DNA from: Octopus sinensis
Lineage: Eukaryota
Assembly: GCF_006345805.1 (NCBI RefSeq)
Contig: NC_043024.1
Coordinates: 5,704,001 to 5,768,000, forward strand
Reading direction: 5' to 3'
Length of the DNA: 64,000 bases
The translations under genes and the position numbers were made by a program. Below, piece by piece: positions 52,747 to 64,000 of this stretch (the stretch's first letter is position 1; each line of letters starts with the position of its first letter). The notes under the pieces were generated by a model. That model was not told where the DNA came from, made no database searches, and was given only the letters and a program-made list of their open reading frames with translations.

Positions 52747-53262
52747 TATGTGGGGCTGTGAAAAGTTCCTGGCTTCACGTTGCCTTACAAGCACTTGTGC
52801 TGGTGGCACGCGAAACATTCAAGCAAGGTCGTTGCCAGTGCCGCTGGACTGGCTCCTGTGCAGGTGGCACATAAAAAGCACCATTTGGGCGTGGCTGTTG
52901 CCAGTACCACCAAACTGGCCCTCGTGCCGGTGGCACGTAAAAGCACCTACTACACTCTCGGGGTGGTTGGCATTAGGAAGGGCATCCAGCTGTAGAAACT
53001 CTGCCAGATCAGATTGGAGTCTGGTTCGCCAGACCTCAGTCAAATCGTCCAACCCATGCTAGCATGGAAAGCGGACGTTAAATGATGATGATGATGATCA
53101 GTTAATTATGATCTTATTCAACATCTTCCCCTCTCAGATTCACACACTGACTGCAGTGATCCATCAGTTTTTGTAAACCTTGTAAAAGAACTTGAAGGTT
53201 GAGCCTCCAACCAGGCTTTTCATGATACTCTTAAACCCAGAAACTTTTCAGCACCACCTTGT
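52747..53262. mobile_element. Mariner-type MITE with nested RTE-type element (~52780-53099)
   Basis: Ends GGGGCTGTGAAAAGTTCCTGG / CCCAGAAACTTTTCAGCACCAC; its 3' part recurs at ~98-195 and ~1758-1865. Confidence 0.55.
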
Positions 53263-53892
53263 GTGTGTGTGTCATTGCTATTATGCAAAAGTGTCGTAAC
53301 TCCAAAACGTTGCTTTTTCAGAAAACGAAAAAATAGTTTCACTATTGTATTTCTTTTTACATTAGCAACAGATTCAGTTGGGTGCATAAAATCCTAACTC
53401 CATGCCTGTATGATATTTTCAGGCAGAAATATTTTTGCACACACTGTTGTATGTGGGACTTACTACACTTTTGAAAAATACTAAACTGTTGTGCTACGCT
53501 TTGACAATTTTCATATTTTGGAATCTGAAGCGGCTGGAGATACAACAGTTTGACCGAAAGAACTGGCTATTGCAAGCAAAATTAAATATAAAAAAAAAAA
53601 AACATTTAGCAAAATTTGGACATACGACAGTTTAACATAATAGTAACAATAAATATATATAATTCCATACACACACACACCTGTGCCAGTGGCACATAAA
53701 AAGCACCCAGCACATTTTGTAAAGTGGTTGGCATTAGGAAGGGCATCCAGCCATAGAACCAATGCCAAAACAGACAGTTGGAATTTGGGCAGCTCTCACC
53801 AAACTGTCCAACCCATGCCAGCATAGAAAACAGACATTAAAAGATGATGATGATGATTGGATTTTTGTTTCTTTTTTTCTCTCCTCCAACAG

Positions 53893-53966
53893 ATGCAGTG
53901 AAAATGGTTGTGGTAAAGCTTTTGCTGCCAGCCACCATTTAAAGACACACACACGCACACATACTG
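53893..53966 (+). CDS. MTF1: MTF-1 coding exon 6 (finger 5)
   Basis: ccaacag|...G|gtaagt; [24 protein letters not shown]. Confidence 0.97.
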
Positions 53967-54057
53967 GTAAGTCTCATGTTTCACCATTATCTGGAATAAT
54001 CCAAGCTAAGGGACAAAATCTTTATCCTAAGGAAATTACATCAGCAAAAAAAAAAAA

Positions 54058-54131
54058 TACCCCTCGTTGAGTATTGAACTTACAACCTCTAGTTTACAAG
54101 GCAACTTTTCTAGCCACTGAGTTATGAGTGT
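54058..54131 (-). pseudogene. Decayed tRNA-Thr(TGT)-like sequence with T-run terminator
   Basis: Minus strand TAACTCAGTGGCTAGA (A box), CTTGTAAAC anticodon loop, AAGTTCAATAC (B box), then a long T run; stems are broken. Confidence 0.55.
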
Positions 54132-55864
54132 CTCATGTTAACTGTTGCTAGGTAATAGCAGCCTGAAGCTCACTTTAAGCTCACTGTACTTGGAGAGTAC
54201 TGTTGGATCATCCAATCCATTCCAGCATGAAGTGGCGGAAAAAATGGGGAATTTTAGTTCTTCAAAATTGTTTTGACAAACGGTTAAAGGCCATGCTAGA
54301 GCATCACTTGGTCACGGCTGGAGTGTCTGTGAGCGTAGTGGTCTGTTTGATCGCTTTTGACTTGGGCTAAAAATAACCACCTCTAGGAATATATTTAGAA
54401 TTACATTATTGAAGGGGTCGTTTTATTTCTTATTTTTTTAACAAAAAGCAGGTGTAAATTGAGGAAATTTTAGTTGCTCTTTCTAGCACGTTGAGTGAAC
54501 AGGCAGAGTGGCTGGCCCTCTTATTGGTTTCCTTAAAGAAGAGACTAAACAAAAGAAGGCAAAAGAAAAAGCACAGCAAAGAAACACAATAGATAAACAG
54601 AGCTGGGGAAGGGGAAAAAAAATGAAGGTTCTGGAACAATCCAAGCCAAGGGAGATAACTACTACAACCATAAGATGACCAATGATAAAAAAAAATCAAT
54701 AGCAAATATCGATATCCTTATAAATCATGGTCTTTTACTCTTGTTTCAGCCATTACACTGCAGCCATGCTGGAGCACCACTTTGAAGTGGTTTAATCGAA
54801 CGAACCTTCCCCACTACTTCTTTTTAAAACCTGGTACTTATTCTATTAGACTCTTTGCTGAAGTTCTGTTAGGGGAACATAAACAAACCAACACCGGTTG
54901 TCAAGCAGTGATTGGTGAGAGAAACACATAAAGAGACTCAAATAGATATATATTTATATATGATGGCGAGCTGGTGGAATCGTTGGCATGTCAGGCGAGA
55001 TTCTTTGGGGTATTTTGTTCCTATTCCACTGTGGGCGACTTTGCCGTTCTTCCTTTCGGGGTTAATTAAATAAGTACCAGTTGAGCACTGGGGTCTATAT
55101 AATCGACTTGAGTACTGCGTATGAGTATAAAAAACCCAGGCCAAGCCTTGTGAAGCCAGTGTAGCAGAGTAGGCTAATCAGACCACTATGGTCTCAAGCT
55201 CAAATTTACAGGCTGGACATCAGACCAACTGTGATTGGTGAAGAGAACATGCTGCGGCACTCCGGTTACGACCACGAGGGTTCCAGATGACTCAATCAAC
55301 AGAACAGCCTGCTCATGAAATTAACGTGCAAGTGGCTGAGCACTCCACAGACACGTGTACCCTTAATGTAGATCTCGGGGAGATTCAGCATGACACAGAG
55401 TGTGACAAGGTTGGTCCTTTGAAATACAGGTGCGACAGAAACAGGAAGAAATAGTTTGAGAAAGTTGTGGTGAAAAAGTACAGCAGGGATCACCATCACC
55501 TTCTGCTGGAGCTTTGTGTTTTTGCTCAATAAACACTCACGATGCTCAGTCTGGGAATCGAAACCATGACCCTATGGCCATGAGTCTGCTGCCCTAACCA
55601 CTGGCCCAATGTGAACAATGGATTTATTTGGACAATCCAGTCCAAATATATATCATCATCATTTAATGTCTGTTGTCCATGCTGGCATGGGTTGGATGGT
55701 GTCCAGAGATGGATAGCTGCACCAGACCCCAGTCTGATTTGTCATGGTTTCTATGGCTGGATGCCCTTCCTAATGCCAAGCACTTTACACAGTGTGCTGG
55801 ATGCTTTTACGTGGCATCATCTCAATTCTACACACACACACATATATATATGTATGTATGTATG

Positions 55865-55918
<54 letters not shown>

Positions 55919-57658
55919 CCCAGTATACCCTGTAAAGTTCTTGGCTTTAGGAAGGGCATCCAGTTGTAGAAACCAGGCCAACAGACTAGCCTTTCCAGTT
56001 CCTGTCAAGCCATCCAACCTATGCCAGAATGGAAAACGGACGTTAAATGTTGATGATATTTTCAATGACTGACCATGGTCTTTCGCAAAGTTTGACCAAT
56101 AGTCCTCTTAATTTCTTCAAGAAGGCTGAAGGTGGTTGCAGTTATTTTAGCACCAGGTCAACCCTTATTAAAGATGACTTATCAAAACAAAATTTCTAGC
56201 CATGAGCAATCCATCTAAGACACTGCATCCTTCAATTGTCGTGTCTTAACGCTTTTGAGACGGTAGCAAATTGAACAATCACTTATCAGTTTGGGAAAAA
56301 ATAAACTGAGTTACCTCCCTTAGTTTTGATTATTGTAGAAACTCGAAATATTTTCAACCCACCGTGGGATCAGACCCCTCCGCATTTGTCTGACACCTGA
56401 TCCTTATCTTTTACAGTTGTAAGTTATCTTTGGTTTGGATTGTTCTAGAACCTCCTTTTTTTTTTTTTTTTTTTCAAATTTGTTTCTTTTTTCTGTCTTT
56501 TTGCTTTCATCTTTAGTCTTTTGTTGTTCCTTTAAGGAAACCAATAAAACGGGTAGAAACAACAGCCAAAACGTCCTCAAATTACACCTTATCTTTAAAA
56601 AAATGAAAGGATGGATACATGCAATAATGTAATTCTAAATATATCTCCGAAAAACCTGGTTGGTCATGGTTGGAATGCCCTTCGTCATAAGTTCGTTTTA
56701 TCAGGATTTATTTAGTTCTTGCCAACCTCTCAACCAAACTACTATTCACAATGAAAGGGCCTCTTGACAGTCATTTGCCAACCCCATCATCATTATTCAG
56801 CGTCCGTGTTCTCTGCTGGTGTGTGCTGGATGGTTTGACATGGAGCCAGTGAGTCAAGGACTGCATCATACTTCTGTGTCTGCTTTGGCATGGTTTTGAT
56901 GCCCTTCCTGATGCCGGTCACTTTACAGTGTGTTCTGTAAAAGGACAGATGAAACTGGTATAGGCTCAATGAGCATCTGGCATTAGCACAGGCCCTCACA
57001 CATTCTGAGTTATTGTCTGGTGTGCTGAAAAGTCACTGGGGGGTGAGGCACCCCTTAGTTTTTGTTAAAGCACTTCTGTAGAACATACTTCAGACCCAGT
57101 CCACGTCTCCTCTGATAATTGGCAGTGACTGTTTCAGCAAATCCTCTCTGGTGCTTCACAATCGACAACAGGATGAGCTGCTGCAGATCACATTATCCCA
57201 AAGTGTGCATGCATGTGACCAGGGAACACATGTGAACCTATATTCCCACTGAAACATCGAACATGTACCCTACACCTCCTCAGGTACTGACTACTGCTAT
57301 GGCACCCATGCTGTTTGAGTGAGTCTCCATTACAATCTTGACTGCAACTGACCATCGGATGTGGTCAGCATTAGTGAGGGACGTGGCGAACCTGTTGGTT
57401 GGAGCAAGCTTGACCCACCCCAGATGAATGTTACTGCTTACAGGTATAATTAAGTATGAGTGTCCTCGCTGCTTTTTTCGTGCCATCAGCACCATGGAGG
57501 ACATCATGTTGCTCAGAATGTAGAACTTGCTATTGAATCTGGTTTTAGTACTACACCCCCTCCTGGTTTTAGGCTGCGTATCACATAGTACTATACCCCC
57601 CCCCATTTTTTTTTTATATATATATAATTTCTATTCAATTTTTCTATTCTGTGTGGAG

Positions 57659-57783
57659 GTGAGAAGCCATTTACGTGTGAACAAGATGGATGTCATCGGT
57701 CTTTTACGACGCCATACAGCTTAAAATCTCATAAGAACCGTCATGATAGATTGTCAAATCCACGAGACAGTCCAGAGAAATCG
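57659..57783 (+). CDS. MTF1: MTF-1 coding exon 7 (finger 6)
   Basis: gtgtggag|GT GAG AAG...TCG|gtaagt; GEKPFTCEQDGCHRSFTTPYSLKSHKNRHDRLSNPRDSPEKS. Confidence 0.94.
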
Positions 57784-57865
57784 GTAAGTCTTTGGGATTT
57801 ATATTAATTCTTTGTCTGCCCATATAATTTCTAGTCAGCTTTTTAATGCTCCCTACTTCAACCCA

Positions 57866-58742
57866 TTAACTGCCACATGTGCCACATGTGCCACTTGCGG
57901 CTCATCGCAAACTTCACACAGCTGCCGTATGCATCACCAGGGGTGCGTTTTTATAATTTGAGAAAATATTTTATTCTGTATCTTTGACATGATTTCAAAG
58001 GATATTGAAATTACCTAAGAGTTAAATATTAGTTTCAAATTTCGGCACAAGGCCAGCAATTTTAGAGGAGTGGGCTAAATTGACTACATCAACCCCAGTC
58101 CTCAACTGGTACTTATTTTATCAACCACAAAAGGGCGAAAGGTGAAGTCATCCTCAGCAGAATTTGACCCCAGAATGTAAAGATAGATGAAATTCTGTTA
58201 AGCATTTTTCCCCAGTCAATTGACTGTGGCCATGGTGGAGCACTGCCTTTAGTCGAGCAAATTGACCCCAGGACTTATTCTTTGTAAGCCTAGTACTTAT
58301 TCTATTGGTCTCTTTTGCCAAACTGTTAAGTTACGGGAGTGTAAACACACCAGTTGTCAAGCGATGTTGGGGGCACAAACAAAGACACACAAACATATAC
58401 ACACACATACATACACACACACACACACACATATACATATATACGACGGGCTTCTTTCAATTTCCGTCTATCAAATCCACTCACAAGGCTTTGGTCGGCC
58501 CGAGGTGCCTTGCAGTGGGAATGAACCCGGAACCATGTGATTGGTAAGCAAACTACTTACCACACAGCCACTCCTGTGCCGCTGTGGTAATAATTCTGCC
58601 AGCTCACTGCCTTGCGTGCTAAATGTTAAAGTTTAATTATGAAATATTGTAAAAATTACACTTCCTTGTAATTAACCAGTATACAGTGTGACCAAATATG
58701 TAGCGTCACCAGTAAGTTGCAGTAACAGGCTGTGGCAGTTAA
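57866..58742. mobile_element. TTAA-flanked TIR element containing nested SINEs
   Basis: TTAA-CTGCCACA ... TGTGGCAG-TTAA; SINE family 2 and family 1 copies inside (~58030-58612). Confidence 0.55.
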
Positions 58743-59603
58743 CATTGTTAAACATATTAACACTATCTGTCTTACCTGATTCATGATGTTGGGGATGTGA
58801 TAAAGTTAACTAGAATTAATTATGTTATCATTAGTTTATCAGATAATGAGGTGAGCTGGCAGAACCTGTTGGTACACTGGACAAAATGCTTAGTGATATT
58901 TCGTATGTCGTTACGTTCTGAGTTCAAATTCTGTTGAGGTCAACCTGACATTTTATCCCTTCAGGGTTGATAAAATAAGTATCTGTTGAATCCTGAGGTC
59001 CATGTAATTAACTTACCCTCTCTCCTGAAATTGCTGGCCTTGTACCAAAATTTGCAGCCATTATTATTGATTGAGAGAGCAGTGCATGCCATCAAAGTGA
59101 CACTGGGATAAAATATACCAAGCCCAGTATACCCATCATGACTACTCGTCTGATAGACGAACACCAGGCACATGCATCACAACCATATGTGCGTAACATG
59201 GTGATCTCATATCAATATAAACAGTGCATGACTTTGCAGGTGGGGCCCAGTTAGAATTTTGTTCAAGTAGCCCATCCTGTTCAAAAGGTTCCTGAATAAG
59301 GTTTGAGGACGAACAAAACATCCATGTTTCCAGAGGTGAATAATTCAAACCCCAAAGAATCCCTCTTAACACACATATATGATGCTCCCCCACTACTTCT
59401 GCTCGTGATAAGAGATGCACATATCGTCAGCCACTACGGGACATGCTCAACTGGTTAAGGTCAAACAAGTGGCAAGCAAATCTGTGGTATTGAGCAGAAT
59501 ATTTGCTGTAGCCCATCTTTTATACCAAGACAAAACAATGTACATGATAACACTTCCAATCAGTCAAGATGAGAAGCCATGAAAGCCACTGCCTGGTACT
59601 GCA

Positions 59604-59643
<40 letters not shown>

Positions 59644-60248
59644 GAAGGCAGCAAGCTGGCGGAATTATTAGCACACTGGACAAAATGCTTTGCTGTATTG
59701 TGCCCGTCGCTACGTTCTGAGTTCAAATTCTGTCAAGGTCGACTTTGCCTTTCATCCTTTTGGGGTCAGTAAATTAAGTACCAGTGAAACACTGGGGTCA
59801 ATGTAATCAACCAGTCCCCTTTCCCCAATTTCAGGTCTTGTGCCTTTAGTAGAAAGGATTATTATTAGTTTGTCATTGTCACCAATGACCAGGGACATTA
59901 CATGGGAGAAGATGGGGCATTTGATGTCCAGTTGCAAGCAGCCAGTGCAGTGCATGCTGGGAAGACTCTGGCATTGCCGGAACCGAAGGCAAGGGGTTGA
60001 CTCTGGACTTGCAAACCTGTTCCATTCATAAGAGGTGGCACCTCTGTTGGTGCAGCCTTCACCAGGCAGGGTGGTCTTGTGCTTGCATTTCCCTGGTGTC
60101 CTCTCTCACCACATAATTATTTCTAGTTAATTTTTTAATACTCCCACCATTAAATATGCTGACTTTAACTTATGTCTTGTGTTTTTATGCAGATAGCACC
60201 CCTGAATTAAACTCTAAACCTAAAATGTTTTGATCATTTTCTCCACAG

Positions 60249-60410
60249 GGTCATTCACAATGTTGTCCGTCTTCTGAAATCTGTGATAACCATAACAGTG
60301 GTGGTTGTTGTTGTCCGCAGTCCAACCAAAGAGTGCTGGACGAATTTTGCACGGAAATAGAATCGGTTGCTGAACCTTCAACATATGTTTTACCACAAAG
60401 CACCATTGTT
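60249..60410 (+). CDS. MTF1: MTF-1 coding exon 8 (Cys-rich, phase 0-0)
   Basis: ttttctccacag|...GTT|gtaagt; 162 nt open in phase with exons 7 and 9: GHSQCCPSSEICDNHNSGGCCCPQSNQRVLDEFCTEIESVAEPSTYVLPQSTIV. Confidence 0.8.
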
Positions 60411-60663
60411 GTAAGTCGTCAGAGGACCAGTTTTTTTGTTTTACTTTTTATCTTCTTGGATTTGATTTTTTTTTTTTTTTCAAGTATCAGTTGGTTGAGA
60501 AGCAGAGGGTTAAAAAGAGAAAAGGGGACACGGTTAATATTGCCTGGAAATATATAATGAAATAAGTCTACCTCAAAAATTTGTTACCGATGTTATGTCA
60601 TTGCCTTGATTATATCCTTCAATTAACATGTTTTAAACTATTATTTTCGACAGCATGTTTATA

Positions 60664-61152
60664 CAGTTCTATATTTAAGAGATGAGGAATTATGTACATT
60701 ATTTACATTACAATGTTTCGGCTGATATACCCTCCAGCCTTCATCAGGTGTCTTGGGGAAATTTCGAACCTGGATTCTCATTCCTAAGGTATTTTTCGAT
60801 GTTGTTATTATTATTATTCAGTAGTTTTTATTTTATGGTGCAGTGGTTAAGAGTGCGGGCTGCTAACCCCAAGATTCCGAGTTTGATTCCAGGCAGTGAC
60901 CTACTCTTTACTCTCTTTTACTCTTTTACTTGTTTCAGTCATTTGACTGTGGCCATGCTGGAGCACCGCCTTTAGTCGAGCAAATCGACCTGAATAATAA
61001 TAATAATAATAATATCGAAAAATACCTTAGGAATAGGAACCCAGGTTCGAAATTTCCCCAAAACATCTGAAGAAGGCTGGAGGGTATATCAGCTGAAACA
61101 TTGTGTTAACAACAAACAAGATGAGGACAAATATCGTCAAATGCAAATAATG
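60664..61152. mobile_element. Same element, copy B (with nested SINE 3' fragment at ~60903-60986)
   Basis: Same arms and tail as 49612-50056; A-box TGGTGCAGTGG at 60836 and B-box GAGTTTGATTCC at 60879; TSD AGCATGTTTATA at 60652-60663 and 61153-61164. Confidence 0.8.
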
Positions 61153-61419
61153 AGCATGTTTATATATCTATATCTATCTATCTATATATATATATATATA
61201 TATACCGGAGTAAACACATAAATGTGAAATAAGGTGGAAAAAAGAGTACTCAAATACCAGTGGTAGAGTAATATGAATTTTCTGCTGCTTTAAATAAAGT
61301 ATATATATATATATATACATACAGAGAAAGAGAGAAAATATGAGGGGTTTAGTTCACTGATGATCTAAACAAATGTATGTATATATGATGTATTAATGAT
61401 ATGTCATTTTAATTACTAG

Positions 61420-61570
61420 CAGGCAGCATCGGGTTCCAGTGAAGATTCTCCAAGACTAACAGCGGAACAAATACTTAATTCACTATGTATACAACAGCCA
61501 GTGCTAGAAACAAACCAGAGCCCCACGCTACCAGAAAGTTCCATCACTAATTCAACGCAAAATTTTCCGG
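61420..61570 (+). CDS. MTF1: MTF-1 coding exon 9 (putative activation-domain region; NAGNAG start 61420/61423)
   Basis: ttactag|CAG|GCA...CCG G|gttcgt; QAASGSSEDSPRLTAEQILNSLCIQQPVLETNQSPTLPESSITNSTQNFP; phases fit both neighbours. Confidence 0.75.
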
Positions 61571-61696
61571 GTTCGTTTGAAAGTTACTCCATTTAAATTT
61601 TTACTTAAATCTGTGTGTTGTTGTTGTTGTTTAGGATTAGGGCAAGTGTGACTGAACAGATTGGTGATGTAGGGTCCTAATGTATTTAGGATTAAA

Positions 61697-62062
61697 TAGG
61701 TGTGGCTGCACAGTAAGAAGTTTGCTTCCCAACCACATGGTTTTGGGTTCAGTCCTGCACCATAGCACCTTGGGCAAGTGTCTTCTATTATAGCCTTGGA
61801 CCTTGAGTGGATTTGGTAGAGAAACTGAAACTAGCCTGTCGTGTGTGTGTGTGTGTGTGTCCTCCACCACCACTTGACAACCAGTGTTGGTATGTTTACA
61901 GCTCCTGCAACTTAGAGGATCAGTAAAAGAGACCGATAGAATAAGGACTAGGCTTAAAAACGAAAGTGAGTACTGGGGTCAGTTCATTTGACTAAAAATT
62001 CTCCAAGGCCAGTGCTCCAGCATGGCCACAGTCAAATGACTGAGACAAGTAAAAGATAAAAG
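61697..62062 (+). mobile_element. tRNA-derived SINE, family 1
   Basis: Match to the consensus; tail-to-tail with the copy at 62163. Confidence 0.85.
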
Positions 62063-62162
62063 ATATACAATAATTAAGCAGATGACAAGGGAACAAGAAA
62101 TTGTATCTTGAACTTCATCTCCTTTGTCACTTATTTAATTTCCTATTACACTCTGTACTTAA

Positions 62163-62541
62163 TCTTTTACTTGTTTCAGTCATTTGACTGTGGCCATGCT
62201 GGAGCACCGCCTTTAGTTGAGCAAATCGACCCCAGGACTTATTCTTTGCAAACCTAGTACTTATTCTATTCTCTATTTTGCTGAACCGCTAGCTTATGGG
62301 AACATAATCACACCAACATCGGTTGTCAAGTGATGTTGGGGGGGACAAACACACACACACATATATATACATATATACGACGGGCTTCTTTCAGTTTCTG
62401 TTTTCCAAATCCATTCACAAGGCTTTGGTCAGCCCGAGACTATAGTAGAAGACACTTGCCCAAGGTTTCACGCAGTGTGAATGAACCAGGAACCATGTGG
62501 TTGGTAAGCAAGCTACTTACCTCACAGCCACTCCTGCGCCT
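62163..62541 (-). mobile_element. tRNA-derived SINE, family 1
   Basis: Full-length reverse-complement match; another minus copy lies at 63372-63662. Confidence 0.88.
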
Positions 62542-63825
62542 AATTCTTGCCTAATTCTTTATTCTGAAGCATTTGTTTATTGAGTTCTAACACCAAGTTA
62601 TTATTATCTGGCTCAGTGGAGCATCTTGCTGACAATCATGTGATAGTGAGTTAGGTTCTCGGACCGGGCTGCGCATTGTATCCTTGAGCAAGATACTTTA
62701 TTTCACATTGCCCCAGTCCACTCAGCTGTAGCCATAAGTTGCATTGTCACCGGTGCCAAGCTATATCAGCCATTGCCTTTCCCTTGGATAACATCAAAAG
62801 CGTAGAGAGGGGAGGCTGGGTGACTGCTGGTCTTCCATAAACAATCTTGCCCAGTGGTAATCATCATCATTTAACATCCGTTTTCCATGCTGGCATGGGT
62901 TGGACGGTTTGATAGAAGCTGAAGGGCTGTTCAGGCTCTGTCTGTCGTAGCAGCGTTTCTACAGTTGGATGCCCTTCCTAATGCCAACCACTTTACAGAG
63001 TGTACTGGGTGCGTTTACGCAACACTGGGACGAATGCTTTTTATGTGGAACCAGCCCCTACGAGGCAAGATTAGAGGGTTGCTGGGAACAAGCTTTTATG
63101 CAAGGGCAAACATGCTTTTACTTAGCTTGGCAAGTCTTTCCAAGCATGGCAAACTGCCAGAAGTCTCGGTCCCTTATCATCCCCTCTGAGAGTCCCACTC
63201 TATACTAAACAGCTAAAGTGATCTAAATGAAAACCTATCAAAATTCATTTTCATTTGTTCCAAACTCCAGATTAATAATGATAATTATTTTACTATAAAT
63301 TCTTCATTTATTTAAAAATTCAGTTAAAACAAAAGCAAATTTTTATCAATATTTCAACAGAAATATTGCAACTCTCTTTTACTTGTTTCAGTCATTTGAC
63401 TGCGGCCATGCTGGAGCACCGCATTTAGTCGAGCAAATCGAGCCCAGTACTTATTCTATCGGTCTCTTTTGCCGAACCGCTAAGTGACGGGGACGTAAAC
63501 ACACCAGCATCGGTTGTCAAGCAATGCTAGGGGGACAAACACAGACACACAAACATATACACACACGTACATATATATATATACATATATACGACAGGCT
63601 TCTTTCAGTTTCCGTCTATGTGGTTGGTAAGCAAGCTACTTACCACACAGCCACTCCTGCGACTATAGGGGGTTAAATTGTATTCTTAAAAATCTTCAGC
63701 ACACTCTTTGAGAACCATTAATCTATCATTTCCCTTCATGGCTTATTTTTTATTTTTTTTGTATGTATGTAGTGTTTGTTTATGTTTTTTAATTTTTTTT
63801 TTTCTCTTTTTTTCTCTTTGATCAG

Positions 63826-64000
63826 GTCTAAGTGTTGAACTTGTCCAGCTGTCTCCTGACACCGCAGAAGACAACGGTCAGCAATCCCTCACGGTCCAGC
63901 CTTACATCATCACCAGTTCTACAGTGCCTTTAATTAACAGCACTTCTCCTCATCTCCTTCAACAACAACAACAACAGCAGCCTTCTCTCCCTGTCCCTCC
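63826..64000 (+). CDS. MTF1: MTF-1 coding exon 10 (partial; Ser/Thr/Pro/Gln-rich)
   Basis: Long pyrimidine tract then atcag|GT; open to the window end: GLSVELVQLSPDTAEDNGQQSLTVQPYIITSSTVPLINSTSPHLLQQQQQQQPSLPVP. Confidence 0.8.

Noticed and set aside
54058-54131. Functional tRNA-Thr gene
   Set aside because: D, anticodon and acceptor stems do not pair; kept only as a pseudogene.

Overview
Eukaryotic, AT-rich, repeat-dense animal DNA. The SINE families and the (TA)n/(TATG)n load point to an octopus (coleoid cephalopod) genome; this is an inference. Two intron-rich genes lie head to head. RPS4 (eS4) is on the minus strand: coding exons 1-3 at 7189-1959, a 5'TOP/TCT start near 7213, and the rest outside the window. 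MTF-1 (metal-responsive transcription factor 1) is on the plus strand: 10 phase-consistent coding exons from 8026 to the window end, with all six C2H2 fingers and introns up to 21 kb. The introns hold tRNA-derived SINEs, RTE-type non-autonomous elements, TTAA MITEs, Helitron-like elements, mariner and Chapaev relics, and many Penelope-like (PLE) remnants with hammerhead ribozyme motifs. Most notable: (1) two copies of a short element joining a tRNA-like Pol III head to a hammerhead-bearing Penelope-type 3' end, each an inverted dimer with a ~33-35 bp unpaired tail and ~11-12 bp TSD, i.e. a candidate Penelope-mobilised ribozyme SINE; (2) a symmetric Cys-rich MTF-1 exon directly after finger 6, preceded by a competing stop-introducing acceptor; (3) atypical AAG and GAG acceptors on two zinc-finger exons. 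Repeat coordinates are approximate, and family names come from motif recognition, not database searches.
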